Shown here in pieces: positions 30,361 to 39,589 of a stretch of 64,000 nt of DNA. The position numbers and the translations under genes were made by a program. The notes beneath the pieces were generated by a model. It searched no databases and had not been told where the DNA came from. It saw only the letters and a list, made by a program, of their open reading frames with translations. Position 1 is the first letter of the stretch. Each line of letters starts with the position of its first letter. This stretch comes from an uncultured bacterium (GTDB lineage Bacteria; Verrucomicrobiota; Verrucomicrobiia; Verrucomicrobiales; DEV007), in contig CAXBMO010000011.1 of NCBI GenBank assembly GCA_963977015.1, positions 96,001 through 160,000 of the forward strand. Direction: 5' to 3'.

Positions 30361-33300
30361 TTAGGCCGCTGCGGCAGCCGCTGCTGCTGCATCATCCATT
30401 GCGGGAACGGGTGCATTTGTGCCTTCGCCCATTGCTTCCTCAGAAGTTGGGGCGGGTTCCTGGGGGAGCGCCTCGATATTGCCCTGAGTTTGGTTCGGCG
30501 AATCAAGATTGACCGCAGTTCCGTCATCCGTAATCACCTCCAAGGGTGCGTCGCTTCCTTCAGGCTCAACAAGATCTTGTGAAGACGTTTCATGGTAAAC
30601 GAATTGAGCGTCCGCCGCAGTTGACTCAGTGCCATCCGCGAAGCGGACGATGCTTTCACCATGAATCAACACATCACCGTCGGCCGCCGTGTATTCAATG
30701 CCATCACTAACCAAGCCAATGGACTCGATTCCTGCTTCAGTCAGCGATCGAAGTTCGCCTTCGCTCACCATTCCGTCGCCGTCCGCATCCTGCCAGATTT
30801 TGAAGGATTCAAACTCACTATCCGCTGCGGAAAGCACTTGGTCACTGTCGGAATCGAAGTAGAGAAGGCCTTCCATATCGGTTTTGGCGCCATCCACATA
30901 GTCTGTAAATGAGACTTCATGTTTGCCGGAGATTTGGCCATCCTGGTCGGAATCGTAAACCAGAACCGCGTCATCCTGATGTGCCCAAGCGGTTTGTTCC
31001 TGAGCCCCGTCTCCGTCGATATCGAAGCGGATCCCTTCTGCAGCTGAGAGGAACTCGACACCGTCGCCATCCAAATCGATGACGACCGGCGGGGCGGCGG
31101 TAAGCACAAAAATCGTCATCTGAGCTTCGGAACTGACTCCCGTTCCGTCCGTGGCCGTTACTTCGATAAATCGCGGGGTGATGGAGGGGGATGATTCCGT
31201 GTTCTCAAAGGTGATGGCCTGGAGCGCGGTGGTGTAATCCGCCAGGCTGGCCGTTCCCGTCAAGGTGATGGTGAGGGTGCCGGCACCCGATGACGCCACG
31301 GCGCTGATGGAGGCGGGAATGCCGGTGCTATTAAGGACATCGCCGGTTTGCGCATTCGTCAGGGTAATGGTCATGCCCTCGAGATTTGCCGAGTTGAAGT
31401 CGGTGACGTAGCCATCGCTGTCAGCGATGTTAACCGCGTCACCACCTTCGACGAAGCGGGCATACGCCGCGTGGGGCTTGCCACCCGTGCTGGAGTCCTG
31501 GTCCAACACCACATGGGGACGAAACAGGTCGTTGGCCACGGTGGGGTCAGCCGCGCCATCGTTCTGGCCGGAGGGATTACCCTGGGCAAGATAGGTGCCT
31601 TCTCCGGTGATCGTATTCACCGAATAGATCCGGCCGCTATCGTTGTTGAGGATGGCCACATTCCCGTTGGCATCGGAAAACGCTCCGCCCCACGCACTGC
31701 CGTCAGAGGAATGCAAGGGAATCGCATTCGCAAAACTCGTAATCGTCCCGTCCATCGTCATGGAGTAAACCGTGCTGCCCAGGGCTGCCCAAAACAGGTT
31801 ATTCACCGGATCATAGGCGATGTCATGAAAGGTGGCGCTTTCGGACTGGTCAAAGGTTCCGACTTTGGTGCCGTTTTGCACATCGTAGATACTCCACGAA
31901 TCGGTGTTACCCCTTTTGGCATACAGATAACCGTCCGCGGGATTGAATTCCCCCACATATTCACCATTGGCAATACCCGAGCCGATGACGGAGGATGCGC
32001 CCGTTTCCGGATCCACTTGAATGAGGTCGGTGTCGGAGATCGCGTAGATTTGCGAGTCGACCGAGTTGAAAGCCATCGCGTTATAATTGCCGATGCTTCC
32101 CGAAACCGATCCGATGGGTTGATTGACGAAGGTGGCCAACGCCGGATCAAAAGCCAGGTAGTTGAGTTGACCGGAGGTGACCTGAAACGCGTTGTTGTTC
32201 ACGGCGTCATCATATCCGGTAATCGTGACATTGATCGTGGCCGTTCCAATGTCGCCGTGTACGTCTCCCGCACCGTAGGTGAAAGAGTCGGAAGCCGTCT
32301 CGCCATTCGAAAGTCTGTCAAATGTGCCATTGGGATCGTAGTAAATCGTCCCGTCACTCATCAGAGTCGCAGTTGCACCGCTGGAGAGCCCGACGGGCAC
32401 CCCTACGGTAGCGGTGACGCCGTTGATTTCAGCAATGGAGAAGGAATCCTCTTCCTGGTCGCTGTCGTTCGGTAATACATCGATTTGGACGCCCAGATCT
32501 TCACCGGTGGCGGCACTGTCGTCTACTGCGGTTGGGGCATCGTTTACCGCGTCAATGGTGATGTTCACCGTCGCATTCGAAACGTCGCCATCAGCATCGG
32601 TCAGCGAATAACTGAATGAATCTGTCCCGTTAAAGTTGGCGTTTGGAGTATAGGCGTAAGTTCCGTCCGTATTGACGACGAGTGTTCCGTTTGAAGTGTC
32701 GGATGTCTTTACATACGTGTTACCTCCGTCTCCGCTCAACGTGTCATTGCTGCTCAAATCTCCATTGAGGACAATGTCTTCATCAGTCGAAACCGTATCG
32801 TTGACGGCTTCGGGAAAGTCATCGACAGAGTTGATGGTGACATTGACTGTGGCGGTGGAAACGTCCCCGTCGGTGTCCGTCAATGTGTAGGTGAAACTGT
32901 CGCTTCCGTTATAGTTTGCGTTGGGGGTATAGGTATAGGTTCCGTCCGCGTTGACGACCACCGATCCGTTGCTGGGATCGGAACCTTTCGCGAAGGTGTT
33001 GCCGCCGTCCGCACTCAATGTGTCGTTCGTGCTGACATCGCCATTTCCGGAATTGTCTTCGTCAATCGTTAGCGTGTCATTGGTCGTGCTTGGAAGATCA
33101 TCGGTCGGGTTGACGGTGATGGTGGCCGTCGCGGTCGATTCGTCGCCGTCAGCGTCCGTCAATGTATAGGTGAAACTGTCGGTTCCATAGAAGTCGGCGT
33201 TCGGAGTGTAGGTAAAGGTTCCGTTCGTGTTGACGACAACGGTTCCGTTGCTGGGATCCGACGCTTTGACGAAAAGGTTAGCGCCGTCACCGAGGGTGTC

Positions 33301-34389
33301 ATTGGTGCTAAGGTCACCATTGAGGACGGAGTCTTCGTCCATGCTGGGAGTATCATTAACGGCGATGGGCTCGTCATCGACCGGGTTGACGGTAACGGTT
33401 ACGGTGGCGGCAGACGTCGATCCATTGGAATCGCTGATCTTGTAGATAATGGTGTCTGTCCCATTGAAGTTCGCATTCGGAGTGTAGTTGAGGGTCCCAT
33501 CTGGATTAATGGTGACCGTTCCGTTGACTGCGGTAGCTGACGTTACGGTTAGCGTCTCGCCCGGGGCGGCAGTGTCATTTTCCAGAACGTTGATGTTTGC
33601 AACCAAGGTGTCTTCATTCGTTGAAGCCGCGTCATCATTCGCATTGGGGGGGAGATTGTAATTGATGGAAACGGTCGTTACTTCAACGGTTGGTGACGTG
33701 GAGTCGGAGTCACCGGTTGAACTCTCGGTTGTTGTGGCCCTGGTGGACGTTTTACTGGTAGAGGTGTCTACCGTGTTGTCCGCGGCGCTTTCATTTGGAA
33801 GAGGCGAATTGGTCCTTGGGCCGTCGTTGGGGCTGCCCCCAAATCCCGCCGCCGGAGGCGTCTCGTCAGGAGTCAATGCCTCGGAAAGGTCATCATTGTA
33901 GGCGGAGAACGTGTCACGAAATTCCGTGTATCCCAAGTTCGACAACCGCATCAGAGTAAAGTCATTCTCTGGGGGCAAATTTCCAATTTCACCACCAAGA
34001 GTTCTGGCCGGATTGGAGCCAGCTTCGTTTCCAGGTTCAACGCCGGAAGTGGCGGTAAGTTGGTTGGGAGGATTGTCAGGGGAGCCGGTAAGATTCGAGA
34101 ACCGCTCAAAATACTGCGCAGCTTCGCTGTCAGGCGCGACATTGACGATAATTTCCTGTCCGTAGCCGGTGGAGGTAAAATAATCCTTTAAGATCACGGA
34201 ATTCCCTTCCTGAAACTCGACTCGAAGATCACCTTCGATTGGAAGCAACGTCACGGTTGCAGGTGTTCCTGCGTCATCGAGGACGAAGACGATATCACCG
34301 GGTTCAACTGGAATGACATCACCATCTTTGACTGAGTGCCTGAGCTTGACGTTGCCGTCGGCATCACGAATTTGGATTTGGTGTTTCAT
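30361..34389 (-). CDS. Large T1SS-type adhesin (1342 aa): BapA-prefix-like N-terminus, about 5 cadherin/Ig-like repeats, beta-propeller-like region, C-terminal PVVIDLDGDG domain
   Basis: GDLRVEF...VILKDYF; repeats PxAxND...ED...NDT...DGTxTYTPNANFNGTDSFxY; C-terminal DLDGDGVE...WQDADGDG..GEL..L...GI.SI. Confidence 0.88.
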   Translation of the reverse strand: MKHQIQIRDADGNVKLRHSVKDGDVIPVEPGDIVFVLDDAGTPATVTLLPIEGDLRVEFQEGNSVILKDYFTSTGYGQEIIVNVAPDSEAAQYFERFSNLTGSPDNPPNQLTATSGVEPGNEAGSNPARTLGGEIGNLPPENDFTLMRLSNLGYTEFRDTFSAYNDDLSEALTPDETPPAAGFGGSPNDGPRTNSPLPNESAADNTVDTSTSKTSTRATTTESSTGDSDSTSPTVEVTTVSINYNLPPNANDDAASTNEDTLVANINVLENDTAAPGETLTVTSATAVNGTVTINPDGTLNYTPNANFNGTDTIIYKISDSNGSTSAATVTVTVNPVDDEPIAVNDTPSMDEDSVLNGDLSTNDTLGDGANLFVKASDPSNGTVVVNTNGTFTYTPNADFYGTDSFTYTLTDADGDESTATATITVNPTDDLPSTTNDTLTIDEDNSGNGDVSTNDTLSADGGNTFAKGSDPSNGSVVVNADGTYTYTPNANYNGSDSFTYTLTDTDGDVSTATVNVTINSVDDFPEAVNDTVSTDEDIVLNGDLSSNDTLSGDGGNTYVKTSDTSNGTLVVNTDGTYAYTPNANFNGTDSFSYSLTDADGDVSNATVNITIDAVNDAPTAVDDSAATGEDLGVQIDVLPNDSDQEEDSFSIAEINGVTATVGVPVGLSSGATATLMSDGTIYYDPNGTFDRLSNGETASDSFTYGAGDVHGDIGTATINVTITGYDDAVNNNAFQVTSGQLNYLAFDPALATFVNQPIGSVSGSIGNYNAMAFNSVDSQIYAISDTDLIQVDPETGASSVIGSGIANGEYVGEFNPADGYLYAKRGNTDSWSIYDVQNGTKVGTFDQSESATFHDIAYDPVNNLFWAALGSTVYSMTMDGTITSFANAIPLHSSDGSAWGGAFSDANGNVAILNNDSGRIYSVNTITGEGTYLAQGNPSGQNDGAADPTVANDLFRPHVVLDQDSSTGGKPHAAYARFVEGGDAVNIADSDGYVTDFNSANLEGMTITLTNAQTGDVLNSTGIPASISAVASSGAGTLTITLTGTASLADYTTALQAITFENTESSPSITPRFIEVTATDGTGVSSEAQMTIFVLTAAPPVVIDLDGDGVEFLSAAEGIRFDIDGDGAQEQTAWAHQDDAVLVYDSDQDGQISGKHEVSFTDYVDGAKTDMEGLLYFDSDSDQVLSAADSEFESFKIWQDADGDGMVSEGELRSLTEAGIESIGLVSDGIEYTAADGDVLIHGESIVRFADGTESTAADAQFVYHETSSQDLVEPEGSDAPLEVITDDGTAVNLDSPNQTQGNIEALPQEPAPTSEEAMGEGTNAPVPAMDDAAAAAAAAA

Positions 34390-34481
34390 GGGGAGGGAGG
34401 AGTGGGCCTGTTAGTTAGGATGTTCGTTAGTCTGTGGGCGTAGGTTCCTTTGAGAAACTGCTGGCTGCCTGAGTGGAGATT

Positions 34482-36035
34482 CTAGCCTTCGGTCGAATCG
34501 GAAGGCTCCTCACTTGCTGAGCGAGCTCCTTTCGATTTGAAGGGATTGAGTCGAAAACGCTTCGGTTCTGGGGAAGGGGCCGTTTTGGGCTCTCCTTCGG
34601 TGGTATCGGCTTGCGAGACTTCGGCAACGACGGTTGCGGAAGAGTTTGAAGAACCGGTGGGAGGAGTGCCCTTCACGGAAAGCAATTCAGAAGTAAGCTC
34701 ATTGCCTGTCGTGCGGTGACCAAAGTAGTCATTCACACCTTTTGTCCCGATGAGCGCCTCGGTTAAAGACCCTTGAACGCCGGCTAAGCGAAACGCACTC
34801 GTGTCCACATTGTATTTTGCGTCGATGACCTTGGTTTTCGCGGTGTGGAGTTCATCCTGAACGTCGAGGATGTTGAGCAAATCCTGCCGGCCGACCTTGA
34901 ATTGCTCCTTGTAGTCGGATAGTGCACTTTCAAGGCGCGAAAGGTATTTGGAGAGGGAGATATAGCTGGTTTTGGAGCCTTCTCGTTCATTCCACAGCAG
35001 AGACCGGGTGTATTCGCTCTGTTCGATGGCTGCGCGCACCAGTTCTTCAGCCTTGCGCACCTGCAAATGTTCGCGTGCCACCAGGGCTTTGTTCGCACCC
35101 CCGCGGAAGAGATCCCAGGACATGACGAGCATGGCCCGGACTTCGTTGTCTTCCCCTTCAACTCCCAAAACATCTTCACCTACGCCCGCTCCGGCATCGA
35201 GATAGATTTTGGGGGTTCGATTTCCCTTGGCGCTTTTATGCTTGTGGGTGGCGGCGGCCAGGGCGGCGACAGCAGCCTGATAATCCCAATTCTCTTCAAG
35301 GCTGAATTCCTCTTCGGTTTGAGGAATTTCAGGAACTGGAGGGTAGGAAAGTCCGGTGGCGGGTTGGCCCGTAAGGCGGGTGAAGCGAACGATTGCATTG
35401 TCGAGCGCCAATTGCTGACTTTCCAAGGCGTTCTCCGCCAGGCTGAGCCGTCCTTCCACAAGAGCGAGATCTGCGCGGTTTCCCGCTTGTCCGACCGTTG
35501 CTTCGATCATCTCGCGCATGTCGTTGTGGCGACTGACGTGAGCTTTGGCTTCCTGAACCTGTTCCTTGGCACGAAGGATTTCGAGGTAAACTTCAGCGAG
35601 ATCGACAATTCGGGCTTCGATCATGCTGCGTTCCACCAAGGCCTGGAGTTCGTGACCGTGGCGTGCGGAAATCGTCTGATTACGGGCCAATCCACCGTCG
35701 TAAATCAGTTGGCGAATTGAGAGTCCAATCTGGCGACTGAGAAGTCCGTCTCCGTCCGAACTGACCAATCCGTCCGTGGTTCGGTCGCGTTGGAGGTATC
35801 CACCGGAACCGTCGATCGAGACTTGTGGCGCCAAGTCTCCCCGGACGATCTTCCAGTTCTCGTAGGCACTGAGACGGTCGTAATTCGCGGCCTGAATTTC
35901 AGGCTCGTTGTGAAGCGTGAGTTTTGCAGCCTGTTGAAGGGACTGCGCGGAGCCGATGCCATGGCCAAGGCCCAAGCATGCGACGACAATAGCGGTACCT
36001 CTGGCCGCAAGAGGTCGAAATTGAGTGAGTTTCAT
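34482..36035 (-). CDS. TolC-family T1SS outer membrane protein (LapE/AggA-like)
   Basis: Signal peptide, SIRQLIYDGG, WDLFRGG and YKEQFKVGRQDLLNILD. Confidence 0.9.
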   Translation of the reverse strand: MKLTQFRPLAARGTAIVVACLGLGHGIGSAQSLQQAAKLTLHNEPEIQAANYDRLSAYENWKIVRGDLAPQVSIDGSGGYLQRDRTTDGLVSSDGDGLLSRQIGLSIRQLIYDGGLARNQTISARHGHELQALVERSMIEARIVDLAEVYLEILRAKEQVQEAKAHVSRHNDMREMIEATVGQAGNRADLALVEGRLSLAENALESQQLALDNAIVRFTRLTGQPATGLSYPPVPEIPQTEEEFSLEENWDYQAAVAALAAATHKHKSAKGNRTPKIYLDAGAGVGEDVLGVEGEDNEVRAMLVMSWDLFRGGANKALVAREHLQVRKAEELVRAAIEQSEYTRSLLWNEREGSKTSYISLSKYLSRLESALSDYKEQFKVGRQDLLNILDVQDELHTAKTKVIDAKYNVDTSAFRLAGVQGSLTEALIGTKGVNDYFGHRTTGNELTSELLSVKGTPPTGSSNSSATVVAEVSQADTTEGEPKTAPSPEPKRFRLNPFKSKGARSASEEPSDSTEG

Positions 36036-36059
36036 GTGTTTCTAGGTTCTGAGGTAACT

Positions 36060-36121
36060 TTCTAAGCTTTCCTTATAATTTCCATAATTTCAATATGTTT
36101 TTATCCGGGATTTATGGTAAT
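36060..36121. promoter_or_regulatory. Divergent promoter region with motif copy 2 (36073-36088) and an inverted partial copy (36112-36121)
   Basis: TTCTAAGC at 36060-36067, TTATAATTTCCATAAT at 36073-36088 and TTATGGTAAT at 36112-36121, between divergent tolC-like and ABC genes. Confidence 0.5.
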
Positions 36122-36129
36122 CTTCACCA

Positions 36130-38334
36130 ATGGACCACGACTCCCACGATCCACTTGTTCAAGGCCTGATGTTTCTCGGCAGGTATTTTGGCGTACCTGT
36201 TAGTCCGATTGGAGCCACTCAAGGGCTGCCTGTCAACGGGCAATTGAATCCAGTGTTGTTTGAGCGAGCTGCAAAGCGTTGTGGATTCTCTTCCAAGACG
36301 TTGAGGCGCCCCCTCAAACGGTTCCATAGTGCCACGTTGCCGGCCATTCTCCTGCTGGAAGGGGGGGATGCGGTCGTCTTGTTGGGTTATCTTCCAAAAG
36401 GAAGGGCAGAGGTTGCCGTTTTGAGCGCGGGCGGTGGCGTTGAGCAGGTTAAAATCAAGGAGTTGGACAAGGTCTACACGGGCTTCGCGATTTTGGTCAA
36501 ACCCGTCTACGATTTCGAAAAACGGAGCGATTTTGCGCCTCCGCCACCAAAGAGAAACTGGTTCTGGGGCACGCTTTGGCGTTTTCGCGGGTTTTATGCT
36601 CGTGTCGGTTTTGCCACCATCATGATCAATCTGTTGGCGCTGACCTCGTCGTTGTTCATCATGAATGTTTACGATCGCGTGGTCCCCAATCAGGCGGTTG
36701 ACACCTTGATTGCACTCGCTGCCGGTGCGGTCGCTGCCTTTATTCTGGAGTTCGCCCTGAAGTCGCTTCGGACCTTTTTTGTGGATCGTGCAGGGCATCG
36801 CGTGGACTTGATCCTTGGGGGCGATCTCTTCGCCAAAGTGCTCGGGATTCGTTTTGACGCCAAACCGCAATCAGCCGGGGCGCTGGCAGGGCAGGCCAGA
36901 TCCTACGAGGGGCTGAGGGAATTTTTCACCAGTGCTTCAATCTCGGCCTTGGTGGATTTACCGTTCGTATTTGTCTTTGCCGCGATTGTCTTTGTTCTGG
37001 GAGGACCTGTCGCGATCCCCTTGGTCGCAGGGGCAATTCTCGCGTTGAGCATCGGGGCGTTGATGCAGATTCCAATCAGCCGGGCTGTGAGCAAGAGTTA
37101 CTTGGCGGGCAACCAGCGTCAGGCCTTGTTTGTGGAGGGCGTGAACGCAATGGAAACGGTGAAGGCGACGCGGAGTGAATCTGAACTGCAGGCAAAGATG
37201 GAGGACAATGTTCACATTTCTGCGAAGGCGGATGGACAGGCCAGGGGGTATGCCCAGTTTGCGCTCAATGCGACGTCACTGATTCAGCATCTGGTAACCA
37301 TCGCGATCGTGACGGTGGCGTTCTTTCAGGTTCGGGCTGAGCAAATGACGATGGGGGCGATGATCGCCAGTGTTATTTTGGCGGGGCGGGCGATGGCGCC
37401 ATTGATGATGGTTTCCTCGCTGCTAACCCGGCTTCAGCAGAGCCGCCGATCGCTTCGGGGATTGAATGAGATCATGAAGGCGCCTTCCGAGCGAGAAGAC
37501 CGAGGCAGCAAATATATTAATTTGGAAGACTTTACCCCTGAAGTTCGGTTCCATGATTTGGAGTTCCAATACGGGAGTGATTTCGGATCCGTTCTCAAGG
37601 ATCTCAACCTTAAAATTGAACCCGGTGAACGAGTCGCCATCCTGGGCCGCATTGGTTCCGGTAAAAGTACTTTATTGCGTTTGCTGATGGGCTTTTATCA
37701 ACCCTCGGCTGGTCGCATTGATGTGAGCGGCATTGATTTGCGGCAACTTGATCCTGCGGAACTGCGCCGACAAATTGGCTATGCTCAACAGGAGCCGACG
37801 CTGTTGTTTGGCTCGCTTCGCTCCAATCTCAAGGCGGGTTGTAGTTGGGCGAGTGATTCGATGATTTGGAAGGCGATTGAAAGGACTGGGTTGGCTGACT
37901 ACGTAAGGTCGTTGCCCCGTGGAATCGATCATCCTGTTTCCGAAGGTGGTAAATCACTTTCCGGAGGGCAACGTCAGGCTGTGGCAATTGCCCGCGCCGT
38001 TTTGGAGGAGCCTCCTCTGCTCATTTTTGATGAGCCGACCAGTGCCATGGACTGGTCGAGCGAACAGAAACTGCTTCAGCAGTTGGATGGTTATTTAAAG
38101 GATGATCCGGCGCGAACGTTGATTGTCGCCACTCACAAGCGCTCGATGCTATCCATCGTAGATCGGGTCATTGTGATTGAAGACGGCCGGATCATTGCAG
38201 ATGGCCCCAAATCTCAAGTTCTTGCCCAACGAGGAAAGGGGCGCACCGAAACAGAAGAATTGGGCGAGGAGGTCGCTCTTTATGCCTCGGAGCCGGTGGA
38301 GGCGTTTACCCAAGAATCCGGATACCGGTACTAG
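36130..38334 (+). CDS. Type I secretion permease/ATPase (LapB/LssB-like, with C39-like N-terminal domain)
   Basis: LPAILLL, WFWGTL, MNVYDRVVPN, Walker A GRIGSGKST, LSGGQRQ and FDEPTSAMD. Confidence 0.95.
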   Translation: MDHDSHDPLVQGLMFLGRYFGVPVSPIGATQGLPVNGQLNPVLFERAAKRCGFSSKTLRRPLKRFHSATLPAILLLEGGDAVVLLGYLPKGRAEVAVLSAGGGVEQVKIKELDKVYTGFAILVKPVYDFEKRSDFAPPPPKRNWFWGTLWRFRGFYARVGFATIMINLLALTSSLFIMNVYDRVVPNQAVDTLIALAAGAVAAFILEFALKSLRTFFVDRAGHRVDLILGGDLFAKVLGIRFDAKPQSAGALAGQARSYEGLREFFTSASISALVDLPFVFVFAAIVFVLGGPVAIPLVAGAILALSIGALMQIPISRAVSKSYLAGNQRQALFVEGVNAMETVKATRSESELQAKMEDNVHISAKADGQARGYAQFALNATSLIQHLVTIAIVTVAFFQVRAEQMTMGAMIASVILAGRAMAPLMMVSSLLTRLQQSRRSLRGLNEIMKAPSEREDRGSKYINLEDFTPEVRFHDLEFQYGSDFGSVLKDLNLKIEPGERVAILGRIGSGKSTLLRLLMGFYQPSAGRIDVSGIDLRQLDPAELRRQIGYAQQEPTLLFGSLRSNLKAGCSWASDSMIWKAIERTGLADYVRSLPRGIDHPVSEGGKSLSGGQRQAVAIARAVLEEPPLLIFDEPTSAMDWSSEQKLLQQLDGYLKDDPARTLIVATHKRSMLSIVDRVIVIEDGRIIADGPKSQVLAQRGKGRTETEELGEEVALYASEPVEAFTQESGYRY

Positions 38335-38356
38335 ACTTCAATTTTTGATACTGACG

Positions 38357-39589
38357 ATGAACGATCCAGCTTACCAATCCAACCTTCCAGCCTTGTGCGC
38401 TGCCGAAGTCGATTTTGCGCGAAACGCACGCCAGGCACTCCATCGTGATCGTGTTCCGGGTGCAAACTTTCTGCTGTGGCTCATTGCGGCCATCATTGGC
38501 GGGTTTGTCTATTGGGCTTCCGTGGCCCATGTGGATGAGGTAACCAAAGGGATGGGCAAGGTCATTCCTTCTTCCTCGGTGCAGACCATTGCGAATCTGG
38601 AAGGAGGGATCATTGCTGAATTGCTGGTTTCTGAGGGGACCCGTGTTTCAAAGGGCGATGTTCTCGTAAGAATTGACGACACCATGTCCAACGCTTCGCT
38701 AAAGGAGAATCGGGCAGAGGCGGAAGCACTTCGGGCTGAATTGATTCGCCTCAAGGCGGAGGCTGACGGGATCAACGTCGTCGAGTTCTCCCCGTCGATG
38801 AAGGCCGCACGACCGGAATTGGTGGAACGCGAGACGTTGCTCTTCAACAAGCGAAGGAGTGAGGTGGATGAGGCAAAGGCGACTCTGGAGAAGTCCTTGG
38901 CGCTCGCTTCTGATGAGCTGCAAATGACGATCCCGCTCGTTAAAAAAGACATTGTCTCCAAAGTCGATCAGCTTCGAATCGAGCGCGAGGTTAACGAGCT
39001 CGAAGGAAAGTTGAAAGAGATTACCGGCGCATTTCAGAGCCGTGCGATGGAGCAGTACAACCAGACCAAAGCCAAGCTTGAGGGCTTGGAACAAGTGCTC
39101 CAAGGGCGCGAGGATCGCGTCAATCGCACGTTGGTGCGTTCTCCGGTTTCAGGGACGGTGAACAAGCTTCATGTGACGACTCTGGGTGGCGTGCTTCAAC
39201 CGGGTGAGCCGATTGTTGATATCGTTCCCAATGATGAAACCATGCTCGTTTCCGCAAAGATTCGACCGCAGGACATTGCGTTCCTGCATCCCGGGCAAAA
39301 CGCAGTTTTGAAGTTCACAGCCTATGATTTCTCCATGTTTGGTGGCTTGGAAGGTGTCGTGGAAAATATCAGCGCAGATACCATCGAAGACGAAGTTGAC
39401 CACCAGCATTACTACGAGATCAAAGTGCGGAATGAATCTGGAGAACTGGTTTCAAAAGAAGGAGAAGCTCTTCCGGTGATTCCGGGGATGGTCGTGGAGG
39501 TCGATGTCTTGACGGGGCGAAGAACCGTTCTGCAATATTTGCTCAAACCGTTTCACCGCATGCGTTTCAATGCGCTTCGCGAACGTTAG
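38357..39589 (+). CDS. HlyD-family T1SS periplasmic adaptor (LapC-like)
   Basis: DEVTKGMGKVIPSS, LEGGI, RSPVSGTV, PQDIAFL, TAYDFS, IPGM and YLLKP...ALRER. Start placed at MNDPAY. Confidence 0.95.
   Translation: MNDPAYQSNLPALCAAEVDFARNARQALHRDRVPGANFLLWLIAAIIGGFVYWASVAHVDEVTKGMGKVIPSSSVQTIANLEGGIIAELLVSEGTRVSKGDVLVRIDDTMSNASLKENRAEAEALRAELIRLKAEADGINVVEFSPSMKAARPELVERETLLFNKRRSEVDEAKATLEKSLALASDELQMTIPLVKKDIVSKVDQLRIEREVNELEGKLKEITGAFQSRAMEQYNQTKAKLEGLEQVLQGREDRVNRTLVRSPVSGTVNKLHVTTLGGVLQPGEPIVDIVPNDETMLVSAKIRPQDIAFLHPGQNAVLKFTAYDFSMFGGLEGVVENISADTIEDEVDHQHYYEIKVRNESGELVSKEGEALPVIPGMVVEVDVLTGRRTVLQYLLKPFHRMRFNALRER

Noticed and set aside
32480-33660. Near-identical DNA repeats as a possible CRISPR array or DGR template/variable pair
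   Set aside because: They are in-frame ~95-aa cadherin-like protein repeats. There is no repeat-spacer structure, cas gene or reverse transcriptase.
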